Positions 1-13,973 of a DNA stretch of 64,000 nt are shown here, in pieces; within the stretch, counting starts at the first letter, position 1; every line of letters starts with the position of its first letter. Both the position numbers and the translations under genes were made by a program. The notes under the pieces were generated by a model. It worked only from the letters and a program-made list of their open reading frames with translations. It made no database searches and was not told the DNA's origin. The DNA is from Epiperipatus broadwayi (Eukaryota; Animalia; Onychophora), in assembly GCA_028023455.1 (NCBI GenBank), contig JAQFVV010000010.1, positions 15,438,001-15,502,000 of the forward strand. The letters are read 5' to 3'.

Positions 1-2699
1 ATTTTAATGGCAGTATTTGGAAAAGGGAATCCCTAATAGGAAATACATCTACTTTTATGGGAGACTAACATTATTGGATTAGTCATATTTAAATTTCCGC
101 AGATCCTGAGAGTTAAGTAGCAAAGCATGACCAATAATAATGACAGTGGATAATTGACAATTGTAACCATAAATTGTGCAAACAAATGTGAATTCAATTC
201 TGATTTAAATAGTTAGCTCTCTAGTGTAATGGAATGTCCACAAAACCCTTGAGCAATCTATAAAATTTAAGAAAGTATAATATAAAAGAAACAATGAGAA
301 TTAAAACCAAATTTAAAGGAGTAAATTGTTTTCCCACATATTCAAATTTTAAAATCTCTTATGACTTAAACTTTATAGACAAACGATGTTTATATAACAA
401 AACATTAAAATAAATTATACATATAAAAAACACAAATTCAATTCTGATGAGAGTTTACAAATCCTGCATGATAATTAATATGTAGGCGGCGCTAAACGTA
501 AATGAGACATACAATGTAAATACTGATAAAAAATAATTTTAAAATCTCTATAATAGATTTTACCTAAAGAGCTAAGTTTGGTTTAGGAAAATGTGATGGA
601 TTTTACTTAAATAATTTAATAAATTACATTTTCTTTTAAGTAATGATTACTGGTAAAGATTAATTAAAATTTTAAGACTATTCCTATCATTTAAATCATT
701 TACAAAATAACAAACATACAAAACTAAATGAGCTTCATCTATTAAGTACTTAATGGAAAATCTACATCTCCTGCAATAATTTTGACTGGAGAAAATAATA
801 AACTAGGGTTGTAATATGCTCTTTGAATTTTGTACCCAGCTTAATCTAAGTCAACATTAAAATAAATAAATTGCTGTATCAAAATAATATGGAGTTCTAT
901 TAAGATTAAAACAGTTAGATTTTATAAAAATAAAGTTAATGACGTATTTAAAAAAACTGTATAGACATTACATATAAATATTTTAGAGTGAATAAATGGG
1001 TATAAACTAATCATAGATTAATATTAATTTAAAACCAATATTGTTAAAAGATCAGAGGCTTGTGGCAACGGGGTTACCTCAAAACATAGCTTGAGACAGG
1101 TTTATGAAGGCAGGCTTTCTTGATTTATTCAGCATCACGGGCTAGATATTGGCAGCAATGGAATGGCATCGAGCAGGTGGAGACAAAGCACAAAAAGTGA
1201 ATAGCCTTCTACTTTATCCTGACCTTATTTAGGTGAAACTTAAGCTGACTTGAAGTAGGGTCACTCTGAGAAAAATCTAATTGATCATGATAGCCAAAAT
1301 TTAGCTATTTATATGATTCAGCCTTATCTATCAGGATCCAATGTGCATGATGTTTTCTGATGACATTTTCTGTGGTCAGCATCAGCGTGGGCGAGAAATC
1401 TACAATCCTGCATTAAGGGTTCATTTGCTAATTTAAAAAAACAATAACACAAATCTGATTTTCATCTCAATTAAATTTCACAAGCCATCGTATTAAACAA
1501 AGCCTATTGAATTTGAGATTTGTAATGAAAATTAAATAAAATTAAAAAAAAGAACTTTACTCACAAAAATTTGAGGAATTTGTTATATTCTATAAATAAG
1601 AAATTTTATAATCCGATGGCTTGTAACACTTATATTTAATAAAATAATAAATTTATAAAGTATGACAAAATTACAAAGTCTGCCTTATAAATACTGAATT
1701 TACTGTTTTTACATATTATTTGGGTATATTTATTAAAACAAAATATAAAATGTTATAACCTGACTAAGTAGAAAACGACTTTAACGAAAAAATCTTAAAA
1801 CATTTGTCACATTTTATACACATCTGATATTATGTTTACACTTATTGCCCATTTATTTTATAAATAATTAGTACTAATAACACAAATAGTCAAATGTTAT
1901 AGCTTAGAAGTACCGATTATAAATATTGATGATAAATTATACATATACTACCGCCTCAAGCAAGATGGGTGTTAGTTAATATATAAGACTGGGTTCAAAC
2001 CCATACCAGTGCTGATGACATTGGCACTAGGTGAAGCAGAAATGTGCTCTAATATTTCCAGCTTCAATATGTATATATATATAACAGATACCAAAAAGCA
2101 GCAATTTTCTTTTTCATTAAATTTTCACTTGAAACAGAACAATATAATAATAAGAAAAAAGAAATATGAAAATATTTAAAAATGATTCATTTAGAAAAAA
2201 TAATAGCTGGAAATTCTGTAAAACAGTGCAAAAAATGTATTAGTAATGAAATAAGGAAATATCACGGTGAATGAATACTATATAAAAAAAAAAACTCCCA
2301 AAAATATAACACAATTTCTTGATATAGAGAGGAATGTTGTTTCAAAATATGAAAAGTCATACTATTACTGAAAAAAGGGACATTGTCCAGTTGGTAGGAG
2401 TTTTCTAGTTTAATATATAAAGATAGAAATGTTTATTTTTAGTATGTTTAGTAATACAACATTTGCTTTTGAAAAAGATATTCTGTATCAAAAATGCATT
2501 TTACATATTTGATACATTTGGTGTTTTTTCCTGCTTAAGCAGCATTTTATAATTGCATATAGTTTAAAAAACTATATACTGTAGTAATAACAAACAAGTC
2601 CATATAATTGAAATATTTTAAATAAAGAATTAAAATATGTAAATATATCCATCAAAAATGGAGGTGGGGGGGGAGGATAAAGAGAAATCATTGGCAAAC

Positions 2700-3690
2700 T
2701 TATATATTCAAGTGTCTAAATGATAAAGATGTATCGAATGATTTGAAGAAGTTGGACATATCAATCTTCTATCACATTTATACAAGATCTTTACTAAGAT
2801 TATTACAACTTGCTATAGAAAATGCTGGACACAAACTAATCTCAATAATAAGCTAGATTTAAAAATAATTATATCATAATAGATCATTTCTAAGTATCAA
2901 GTTATAGTAAAGATAAATGAATATGAGTTTTTCTTTACGTTTGAAGTTGAAAATTATAAAAAAGCTACTTAATTCTACTTAGAATATTGTCAAACTCTGA
3001 AATATATTTATCACAATCCAATATCAATGATAAGATTATATTACGATACTAAAATTAATATTGATAGGAATCTAATACTAGGATAATGACACATCTCCAA
3101 AAGTTTTTAAAGCAAAAATGCTCTAAATAATGTAACAAAAGTTATTAGATGAAAGTAAGAAATTAGTAGATAAATGCTAAAAAGATTAAGTAATACTCAA
3201 TGACTTACACAAAGATTGATGGAAATATAATGGATGAAATTAATCATAGAATTAAAACCTGGATGGAATAGTTTTGGTTGAAATTAATATTAAAGAAAAT
3301 ACGTCTATGTGTAAAAAAGGTTTCTAATAGAAATATTTACCAATTCTTATTTACAAATCTGACTCTTGAAAGCTTAACAGAGGAGCAATGTGACTTCAGA
3401 ACACATACTGAGCTATTCAGAAGATATTTTAGGAGTAGTAAGGAGGGATCAAAAGTTAAAATACTTGGATGAGAAACAAACATTATTATCACAGAAAAAA
3501 AATTAAGAGATTAAAATGAAATTAAACTGGATATGGTGCTAGAAGAGATGACCATAAATGGACAGATCCCAAGAGACGGTAAAAGTTCTAGGAAAAAACG
3601 ATATAAAATTTGGAGTAAAGAGTCATTATGAATTGGAGAAACGGGATTAACTTTAGAACTTTAATCCTGCAATGAATCAATGATGATTAA
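2700..3690 (+). mobile_element. Decayed RTE-clade LINE, RT domain to C-terminus
   Basis: Fragments translate as LYKIFTKIITT (about 2780) and IPRDGKSSRKKR (about 3565), resembling RTE ORF2. Many stops and frameshifts. Confidence 0.7.
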
Positions 3691-4252
3691 AAATGTTTCT
3701 GATGAATAAATTAAATTTTTTAACCACAACATTATATAATAATCCTTGCAGTTTAAAATTTATTTGAATGTAGATAATCTTATTTTTTGGATATTACTTC
3801 AATTTTTTCTTTGATATTTATTTTCTTTTTTTCTGACTCACAAAAAGAAATCTTTTTTTTCTCCTTTCTATTCTATACTTTATACACATAATGTAGAATA
3901 ATTTATATATAAGCTAATAATTAAACTTATGATATATATTGTAGAACGGCTGTTAGCACAATGCTTTTTCAAACATTAATTATGTACACTCTGAGTAAAA
4001 ATTTAACAAGAATATCTAGCAACTACTGATTACTCAAGATTACTATAGGTAGTAGCACTGGAGTGGAATAAATAATTAGATTTTGTTAAGGCATTGATAA
4101 TAACTATGATCAGGGCTGGATATGAATTGATTGAGTCCAATTGGGCCCTCTACCATGTTTGTCAAAGTTTATGTAATTAAAAATTGCATTAAAAAATATA
4201 TAACTCACTTCAAAAATTACAATAATCAGAAACAACTATATATATTCAGTAC

Positions 4253-4485
4253 TTGAAATACAGGCATTCTTCATATACCTGGAGCTTAATTATAAATATA
4301 TGGGATTTGAACACAAACTTTCAAGCATCCGTCAACTATCCACACTATCTTCTACCACTAATACACATGATCACACACGTGATTATTTATCTTTTCTAAA
4401 TGTGTGTGGTTATGTGTACCAGTGGTATAAGATAGTGTGGATAGTTGATGGGTGCTTGAAAGTCTGTGTTCAAATCCCATATATT
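4253..4485. mobile_element. Family A foldback element, short copy (about 85-bp inverted arms plus about 45-nt one-sided tail)
   Basis: GGGATTTGAACAC...GTGTTCAAATCCC arms. Flanks TATATATTCAGTAC (4239-4252) and TATATTTTCAATAC (4486-4499) resemble a 14-bp TSD with 2 mismatches. Confidence 0.75.
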
Positions 4486-4854
4486 TATATTTTCAATACC
4501 TTTTTTTTTTACATTATTATCAGTTATCTTCTGCCAACTCTCACGCTGCACTTAGTACCCATATAGTGAGTTGTCTCCTGCAGTTGCAAAAAAAAAATAA
4601 AAATATACCATGTGTTATCTTTAACAAAATTATCTTGGCCAAATAAATTGCTACCATTTGTTTCACTAAATTGTGAATTAAATTATATATGTGAATTATT
4701 GCTGCAGCAAGATAACTAATTTTAATATAGTTTAATTAATTTTATATGATGAACAATTCAATAAACTTATTTATACTAAACTTATTATTTAAACAAACAC
4801 ACACTTATAAATAAGGTTTAATGAAGAAGATATAATTTAATAAATAAATACAGA

Positions 4855-5140
4855 TAGACTTAACGTTTTTGAGGATCCATGCCTCATAATCATAGCTGTA
4901 ATAAGACACATATGGGGAAATTTATGCAAAAATATTTAAATTAGCGATGTGTTATGTAGCCCATTTCTTCGAAATCTCGCATGTATTCTTTCTATTGATG
5001 GCGTGAATATTTCCATGAATGTAGAATGCTTCCTTGATTTTTCTCTTGTGATCATTAGATTCAGTGCATAAAATCACGGGATTGGCAGGTGTAAAGTCGT
5101 GCCCGGAGTTTTTGGCATGTTCCAAAAATACAGATGATAA
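4855..5140 (-). mobile_element. Penelope-like element 3' remnant: GIY-YIG endonuclease C-terminal part plus downstream UTR
   Basis: SSVFLEHAKNSGHDF...ILCTESNDHKRKIKEAFYI...AINRK...ISKKW matches the typical PLE GIY-YIG C-terminus pattern (EH..GH.F..IL..E....R..KEA.YI...INR..W). Confidence 0.8.
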
Positions 5141-5759
5141 GTAAAACTGCATTTAAAGTCATTATTATTTTTTTTGACAAAATATTTTTAAAAAAATCTG
5201 AGTTGTTCAATTAATTACTTTAAAATTTTATATATTATTTTAAAAATATAAAACTCTGAACTGCTAATTTACATTGTTTGCATCAATATTTTTCAATTAA
5301 TAGAAAATTATAAAAATATTTTTGATTACTTAAATGCAAATTTAAAAAGTTTAAACCAATATAAAAAATCTTTGTTTTCATATATTATCTGCCTTTGTGA
5401 ATAAATCTTAACATGCTATTTTTTAATAGGATGTTCAATTCAAAATGAGAAAGAGATGTGGGCAGAAAAGATGAAAGCGGTAATATCAAAAGAAAATTAA
5501 GTGAAGTATGAAACTTTGCGCAAATTTTTAAGAATTCACAATGATGATGCAGAATCAGAAGTGACCAATCAAGAAGACGATAATATTCATATAAATGAAA
5601 ATGACTCAAGAAAAGATGTTCAGGATAGTAATATGGATATAAATAATAATCGTGAAGAAATACATTTACACAAAGGAAACAGTATCATGGTAATAATTCA
5701 GTGGTGCCTGAGAAGAAATAGTTAATGAATTACTAAATGTAACAGATAATATTGCTACT

Positions 5760-7960
5760 TTGCCTGAAAGAATAAGCCAGCAAATAATAATTATTTAATT
5801 TTAAAAAAATGATCACTAGAAATCCTTGTGGGTGAATTTCCCCACCAAAATAATAAAAGTCATTTTTCAAAAGTTCATCTTAAAAGAAAACTTCCAAATA
5901 GTAAAAATCATATGTAGTCCCTGGATATATTCTAATAAAAAATATAAAATATTTTGTTTCTATTATTATCTTTTCTGTGAAGATATAATTATTGTTTACT
6001 CCATATCAGGATTCAATAATTGGCCAAATACCCATACCAGACTAGCAGAATATTAAAAATCAGAACATCATTTGGTTGCAGTGTTAAAATATACAAATTT
6101 CAAAAGAGATTTTCAGCAGTGAAAAATAGACAATATATAACAAAAATTACTGAGACAAAAAAAATTGCAATTACGTCAAGATTTTGAAAGCATATTATCA
6201 GTGGTATAATTTGTAGTTAAGTGTAATTTAGCATTACAATGAAAATTTTTTAGGAATTATTGAATTGCTTGGGGAATTTGACCCAATAATTCAAGACCAT
6301 GTTTGATAAATCACCAGTAAACAAGTTCAAGAACATTATCTAAGCAAAACAATTCAAAATGAATTAGTAAATTTAATGGGAAGTAAAATCCAGAACAAGA
6401 TTAGAAACAGAATAAAATCAGGAAAATATTTTGCTGCAATTTTTGACTGTACTCCAGTTATTAGCCACCAAGAACAAATGACCATTACACTCAGTTATGT
6501 CTCCGATGGCAAAAAAAGATTCAATCATTGGTGTTTATGAACAGCTTATTAAATTTATAAATGTAGAAAGCAGTTCCAGAGAAAACTTATATGCTGTGCT
6601 GAAGTAAAAAATTAATTCTCTAGGATTAAATATTAATAATATCAGGGTGCAAGGGTATGATAATAGTTCAAATACAAAGGAACAAATTTCTGGAATCAGG
6701 CTAGACAAAGGAAAATTCAAGAGCATTTTTACACCCTGCGCTTGTCATAATTATCATATTGTCTTGGCAGATGCTATTAAAACTTGTTCTGATGCATTAA
6801 TCTTCTTTGGTATACTACAATGACTTTGTGTTTTACTATCAGGATCCACAAAGAGATAGTCAATTTACCTAAATATGTTAATGGTCTTACTATGAAAATT
6901 ATTTGCGATACAAGATGGAAATATTGCAGTCAAAGTGTTAACATGATAAGGCATCAAGTAAGTGACATCTATGATACACTTCTTAAAATATCAGAGATCC
7001 TCAAATTAAAAGTAATGCAGAATCACTTGCATACACAATAAGATTAGAAGTTGATAATACCCCTCATTTTTTAGTATGATTTACTTTTCCAGATAAATTT
7101 TATTAGCAAGGAATTTCAAAGTGATTCCATGGATATTTCTATAGTACTTTCTTCATTTGAAAAACTATTACGTTAATTGACCAGGGATACTGATTGTATT
7201 TATATGGCCATCATCTAATATGAGTATTGAATGTCTTTAGAGAAATTTAGCTTTATTTAAATATTCCAAATACATTCAACGGTTAGTAAGAGCACACAGA
7301 AAAGTCACATATATTAGGTGATGGTCCAACATATAAATACAACAAAAACACCATCATCACAAACCTTCAGGAAAACATAAGGATACTGAGTTTGGGCAAG
7401 TATTTGGTGAGGCAAAAACAGTCACAGAATATTTGAAGATAAATCCAGAATTTTAAAATAAAACACTGAGAAAATGAAATATTTTAGTTATAAACCTGCA
7501 GAACTGTCAAAGCAAATGTTTTTAATACAGTTCTGAATAATGCAAAACTATCAATACAAAACTCATGTGGATTTGGATTTTTGGAAAAATTTCCAAAAAT
7601 AAAAAAAAACATACAGCACAATTAGAAATTGCTCTAAAGAATACAAAAATATACAAGACTCTTCCACTAATTTTTTAAAGGAGACGATTTAGAAGGCAAT
7701 ATATTGGTCGACAAAGTTGCAAAATTCATTCTTTCATTATGGAAAACATTTTAAAATGTTTAAATTTCTGGCAGAAAATAATAGAGCTACGGCTTTTTCT
7801 AGTTTTCAAATATATTTAACCATATCAGTATCTGTTGCTTCAGGAAAAAGAACATTTTCTAGATTAAAACTAATAAAAAAATATTACAGTTTAGCGATAC
7901 TAACAATTGAAATTCAAAAAGAATGTTAGCTAGATTTTGATTCCTCCAAGCAAAAAGCAG
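5760..7960 (+). mobile_element. Decayed hAT transposase (ZMYM1-like / DUF4371 type)
   Basis: HYLSKTIQNELVNLMG, YFAAIFDCTPVISHQEQM, QGYDN, PCACH, CDTRW and dimerisation-domain ISVSVASGKRTFSRLKLIK segments, broken by stops and frameshifts. Confidence 0.88.
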
Positions 7961-8194
7961 CAAGAAAATGTTTTAAAGTTTTATATTGCTTCAATATATA
8001 TATTTTAAATTATACTATTTATTTATTATTTTTTTTATATTAAGAAATACTTATTTATTTACAAAAATTAGAGTCATATTTTAAAGACCCTCCCCACGCA
8101 AAATATATCCAATGGGGCACTTCACTAACTGAATACAGCCGACTATGATTATATTATTTTGTGGCATTTTGTTCATAATTTATATTCCCTAAAC

Positions 8195-8628
8195 CAGGGA
8201 TGCCCAATCCGTAACTCGTGAGTCACATGTGGCTCGCGCAACTGTTTAATGTGGCTCGCATTGTACTCTTCAAGAAAAATTGATAAAATATTTTATGTTC
8301 CTTGATGCCACATGCACACACTAAAAAATAAACATTTTTACAATACAAATGATAATGATAGTAGTGTTAGGTTTTACATTAAATAAAATAATTAAAATAT
8401 ACTTTTCCTGTAACTGGAATTTATATGGATGTTACCAAATTTTTAATAAATAAATAAAAATAAAATGTATTTACATTTTTTTTCTTTTTAACATATTAGA
8501 CCAGTTTTTTTTAGTTTGTGAATTATGTTTATAAATGTAATATGAAAAATGCAATATATAATTGTGGCCCCCCAAATTTTTTTAAATTCTCCACTAGCTC
8601 GTGTCAAGTTAAAGGTTGGGCATCCCTG
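8195..8628. mobile_element. hAT (Charlie/Buster-type) MITE, 434 bp
   Basis: TIR CAGGGATGCCCAA / TTGGGCATCCCTG; perfect 8-bp TSD CCCTAAAC. Confidence 0.93.
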
Positions 8629-9539
8629 CCCTAAACTTACTATGAAGACAGCATTTTTTAAATAAATCTACATTTCTGTTTCAATTACATTTGTTCCAAA
8701 AATGTTCCTTGCTTTGACAGACTACATTCATTTATATTATACATTTTTGCAGTCTGATAACTTGTTTATATTAATAAATATCACAAAAATATTGTAAAAA
8801 CTATAATGTATCTTACAAAGCTTTTGTATACCATAGATCATTATTCTGATAATGAAAATTAATACAACTATATAGAAAGCGCCGTTCTCCAGACAAAATT
8901 CTCATCTCACTAGATAATTTTTTTAACAATGAAACTTTCAGATCTTACGATAAAGCATTATCATTTTTTTCCAACAGTGCAAATGATAATACAATTAGAT
9001 AGTAACTTATTTATTAACATTTAAGAAGACAGACATTAATAATAATGGCAATTATAGTTTAGATTTCCCCCCTCAATATAAAACGAAGAAGTTTAGCAAT
9101 TACATTAATAGTTAAGATTACTACAGTACTAAAACTCTATATAATAAAATGTAAATTAAATTCATATACAAAGCATTAGAAAAAAAAAATTATTTAATCA
9201 GAAATATACACATTATGCAGTTATAACATAATATGCATAACTTAATATAAAATAGTAATATTGTATTTTAGCTATTATTAAAATTATTCTAAATATAGAA
9301 AATCAATAAAGATTAGCTCATTTACAATACAGCCAATGACTTTATTTTCCCTTGAACTATATTTCCAACACGTAGAAAGATTTTGCAAAGACGTTAAAAA
9401 AATTAATTATTTTTTTTCAAAAGTTAAGAACAAACAAACTAAGCGAAATTAATACTTTAATATAAGAACGGAAATATTTCTTAGCATAAAAATCCATGTG
9501 TGCAATAGGGTGGGAAATTTGAAAGACATTGATGATTCA

Positions 9540-9990
9540 CTTTTATTGGTTTAAGATGACATCATTGAAAAATAATTGCTATTTTTGCTCATTCATCCGG
9601 GATCTTTGGTGTGCGCAAACTCAGAGAAATATGTCCGCCATTACAAAATCGTTGTCAAAATTCAAACAAAATGAGGACTACGTCGGTAAACCCTTCCGAA
9701 TGGTTTAAAATTTCATTCAAACCAAATTTTAGATGATTTGCAAATAGAACGCTAACTATAGGAGCAAATTTTTAACGCTTTTTACGTCCTTTATTTTGTG
9801 CTTAAGAGAGGGAGGAAAAAAGTGCTACTTCATCGACGCACGACGGTCGGTTTTAAAAGGACAACATTGGTCCCAAGTTTTGCTTCAAATTTCATTCACG
9901 GTCAAGGGCAAGTTTCCTAAAAATACTTTCCATGATTTTATAAGTTTATGGCTTCTTTTACTCTTTCGGGAAATGCCCACGTAGAATTTT
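9540..9990. promoter_or_regulatory. Probable promoter / 5' UTR region of the phosphatase gene
   Basis: Local CpG enrichment against a CpG-poor background. ATTGG at about 9545, TGACATCA at about 9558, CCGCCATT at about 9635. Lies 300-700 bp upstream of the ATG. Confidence 0.45.
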
Positions 9991-10254
9991 AGGCAAATAG
10001 AAATAGTTTTGCTACTGTGAATTGTATTTTTTAAAAGTTATTGTGAAAGGCTAACGTTAAGAACATTGTACTCAACGTTAATGGGCTAAGCCTCAGTAAT
10101 CACATAATATTCCCTAGGTTGTTTTATATTAGGATTATTATATGCTTTTTGTTATTATTTTATGTTGAATTATTTTATAATTTTTGGCGTGCTTAATATA
10201 TTTGCTTTGAAAGCGGTCCGATTTTGGAGAGCACTCCGGTTTCTAAAACTCAGA

Positions 10255-11097
10255 ATGGGAGCATTTTTAGATAAACCGAAAACTGACAAATACAATGAGC
10301 ATGGTGCTGGAAATGGTCTACGTTTTGGACTCAGCAGCATGCAAGGATGGCGGATTGAAATGGAGGATGCACATTGTGCAGTTATTGGGCTGCCGAATGG
10401 TTTAGATGAATGGTCTTTTTTTGCAGTATTTGATGGGCATGCTGGGGCCAAAGTATCTGCCCATTGTGCTGAGCATTTATTGGATGCAGTTATTACATCA
10501 GATGATTTTCGAAATATTGGTAAAGAAGGGGGCGAATCCACAATTGAATGTGTTCGACAAGGTATCCGGACTGGATTTTTGCAACTGGATGAAAGAATGA
10601 GGAATATGCCTGAAATGATTAGTGGAGAAGATAAAAGTGGTTCAACGGCTGTGTGTGCTATAGTGTCGCCGACTCATTTATATTTTGCCAACTGTGGAGA
10701 TTCGAGGGCAGTTTTATCTCGAAATAAGCAGACTTATTTATCTACGCAGGATCATAAACCTATCAATCCTGGAGAAAAAGAAAGGATTCAAAATGCTGGG
10801 GGGAGTGTAATGATTCAACGGGTCAATGGATCTTTAGCAGTCTCTAGGGCTCTTGGAGATTATGAATATAAACAAGTAGAAGGAAGAGGCCCTTGTGAAC
10901 AACTTGTTTCACCCGAGCCTGAAATCTTTGTTGAAGAACGTGACTTTATAAATGATGAATTTATCATCTTAGCTTGTGATGGAGTCTGGGACGTAATGTC
11001 AAATGAAGAACTCTGTGATTACATTCGAAATAGACTAGAACTGACTGATAATTTAGAACAAGTCTGTAATCAGGTTATTGATACTTGTCTTTTTAAG
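10255..11097 (+). CDS. PPM1A: PP2C-family Ser/Thr phosphatase, PPM1A/PPM1B (alphabet) ortholog, first coding exon (281 codons, phase 0 end)
   Basis: [10 protein letters not shown]-terminus, [34 protein letters not shown] and ACDGVWDV motifs. Ends ...CLFK followed by GTAAGC donor at 11098. A versus B paralog cannot be distinguished in an invertebrate. Confidence 0.97.
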
Positions 11098-11694
11098 GTA
11101 AGCATATATAAATATTACACTACTATACATATATGTATATATTCACACATACGAATGTATGCGTGTAGACCATGTAAAATTCTTAGTTCTTTTATGTATA
11201 TATCATATATAGTTCTTTTATAGTCAATGTTATCAACCCTATTAATAGATTTAAAAAACAACAGGAATTGTGTTTGCAACCAATAGTATTTCTACCAGTG
11301 ATTAAGTGTTGTGCTTGATCATAGTACTTTTTTTTGCTTAAACCAGACTTGGAGCAGACAATTTAATCTTGTGCTTAGTAAGTAATGCATATTCTTGTTT
11401 TTTTTTTATTTTGTAAAAATGGAGTGAGAATTAGTGTTTGCAATCCTAGTGTTCAATGGAAGAATATTGAGTTGGATTCTTTTAGGAAGCATTTTATTTT
11501 ATAATATCACTTTGTATCTAATATGTCCATAATTAAAAAACAGTTTGTCAACAGATATTTGTCATAATATTATATTGACAAAATAACTTTAATAGTAAAT
11601 ATTATGATAATCATTTATTTTTATTATTAAACTTTAAAATGCCCAAATTTTTAAAATAATGAGTTGGTGTTTTAAAGTATATTGTAAACAGGTA

Positions 11695-11850
11695 TATATG
11701 CATAAAGCACAAATCACAGCTCATGTGCTCATACATTTTTGTCCATTACTTCACATCTGCATACGTAACTATATGTATAAAGCACAAATTATAGTTTATG
11801 TGCTCACACATTTTTGTGCATTACTTCGCGTCTGCATAAGTAACTATAAC
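11695..11850. repeat. Two-copy tandem repeat, period about 75 bp
   Basis: TATATG(C/T)ATAAAGCACAAAT...ATTACTTC(A/G)C(A/G)TCTGCATA at 11695 and 11770. Confidence 0.8.
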
Positions 11851-12739
11851 TTATTTTAATAAATTGTGCCTAACTGCTCTTGTGCATTTGTGAGAGTGAT
11901 TTAAATTTTTGTACTATTTACAAAAATTTTCATAGTTTATTTCTGGACAATTTCTGTAATTTAAAATAGTTAGTGAATTTATTCGAAATATTTTAATATT
12001 TTATTTGAGATAATGAAGCTGATTTTAATCAAAGAATTCAGCAATGCTCTGAAAATAGACTTTATGATTGCAACAAGTCTTTTAATAAAATGCTTTAAGC
12101 AGAAAAAAACTATTAATACTGTTTTCTGTTAAATATAGTAAGTTTAATAAGTAATAAATTATTTGATAAATAAATATAGTTACTATATAAAATTATAATA
12201 AATCAGGAAATGTTAATTTTTGAAAATTAGAACTGTATTTTTTAAATCGTTAAATCTGCTGTACATGTCATGCCCTTGTGCATTTTGTGTATATATGTAT
12301 ACATACACATACTGAAAGAAAAATTACTGAAGAATCTTAGTATATGCTTTACTAATAATGTATATGTGCATACTTAGCACCTTAATGTTACAGATTTCAT
12401 TATTCTTTAATCTTGTACTGTTTATAGTCAATATCAGAGGAAAACTAATTAATATATGATCAAAAGAAATATATTGTCTGCAAATTAACATTAGATTTTT
12501 GTAAACAAGCATCCAAAACCAAATATTGATAATGTAAGTGGAGTGGGACTTATTATAAATAAATAATGATATATCAGATGGAGTAACAAGATTAATTATT
12601 TAATTTAATAAAAGATATCAAGTGCAAATAATACAGAAGTATGCCATAAATTTTCATTGTAATGAATTAAAATATGATTAAATAGATTTTTAAATTGTTA
12701 TAGGAGACTAATATCTTGTTTGAAACTAGGTAATTTTTA

Positions 12740-13690
12740 ATAGGGTAACAGAAATGAAAAGGGACTTAAATTTGTGAAATGTTCAGAAAAAGAAAAGTGC
12801 TTTTTTTTGATGAAGCATCCAAGTAAAAATAAAGCTGAAGACTAACAGAAATTTTTTTAACAGAATAATCATGAATTTATGTGATATACGTACTATAAAT
12901 TATGTGACTTAGAATCCATTAAGAAAAATAAATACTTTGAATTTACTCTCAAAACTAAATATTGTCATAAATTTTAATAGAAAATTAGAGATTGCTTCTG
13001 CAAGATCAATAAAAAATAATTGATACACTACTAGAAAAATTGAATTCTGAGATTCTGCAAGTGGCATGGAAATAAGATAATATTGGCTTACAAAAAATAT
13101 TTAAATAGTAACAAAAGTTATTGAAGAAAACAAGTCTCTAAGGTATAAAACTACATGTTGATATTAGAAGGAAAATTATTACAGTAATAAAAAAAAAGTT
13201 GACATTTATAAAAAGCAGTAATTGCTGCATTGAGTGTATGAAGGCATTGTAAATAAAATACTGTTATATGTAGTAATAAAGAACAGGAAAATAAAATTGC
13301 CAATATAATATTGAAAAGTTATATATTTTCAATGATATATGCAATTAAGTCCATCAAGAACGTAAAAGGTTCAATAATTTTAGTTTTAAAAAAATCAGAT
13401 GTAGAGAAATTTTGTTAAGCTGTGCATTAAATGTTTAAATAATAAGACCTGGTGATAGCAAGAAAACAATAGTTATATTGATATTTAAGAAAAATGAAAA
13501 GTTTTGCTATTATTCTGAATGTATACAGAGAACCTTGAGCTTTAGTCAACCAAGAGTAGAAAGACTCAACTTCTTGAAAATTTGTAGAATAATGGAACGT
13601 ATTTAAATATTAAGAGAAAGGGATCATTGAGTGCAAATTATCATTTTGCCTTAGATTTATAAATTACAAAAAAATATTTGACTCTGTAAG
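12740..13690 (+). mobile_element. Heavily decayed LINE (endonuclease end to RT start)
   Basis: GNRNEKGLKFCEM (AP-endonuclease-like), YWLTKN, IVILIFKK and KKIFDSV-like fragments in expected order. Confidence 0.55.
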
Positions 13691-13973
13691 TATTTCTGAT
13701 ATGATTAATAATTTTGATCATCATGGCAGAGATCTGATTTTGTTAAATTTTAAGAGAAAACACATTAATAATGATTAGATTAAATTGTGATATTAAGAAA
13801 TATTGATCCAAATGTATAGTAGGGCAATTCTTTTAAATACCTTTATTGCATTGAAGTATTAACATATACTACAATGGAAAGTAAAAGAAATTAGTAATAC
13901 TTTATAGTTGCACAGTGGAAAAATTACTTTGTTCAGATTATTAATATCATTTGAAACATGATGAAAAAATGAA

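Noticed and set aside
1945-2060. GGGTTCAAACCC B-box as a tRNA gene or SINE
   Set aside because: No cloverleaf or convincing A-box, and single copy in the window.
10162-10254. 31-aa N-terminal extension in the ORF track (MLNYFIIF...)
   Set aside because: The conserved PPM1A/B start MGAFLDKPK is at 10255 and needs Gly2 for myristoylation. The upstream part is T-rich and looks like intron or UTR.
10170-10541. 123-aa minus-strand ORF
   Set aside because: Antisense shadow of the PP2C exon with no independent signal.
11098-11223. C-terminal 41 aa of the 353-aa ORF
   Set aside because: Intron read-through after a canonical GTAAGC donor; the true continuation is at 52798.
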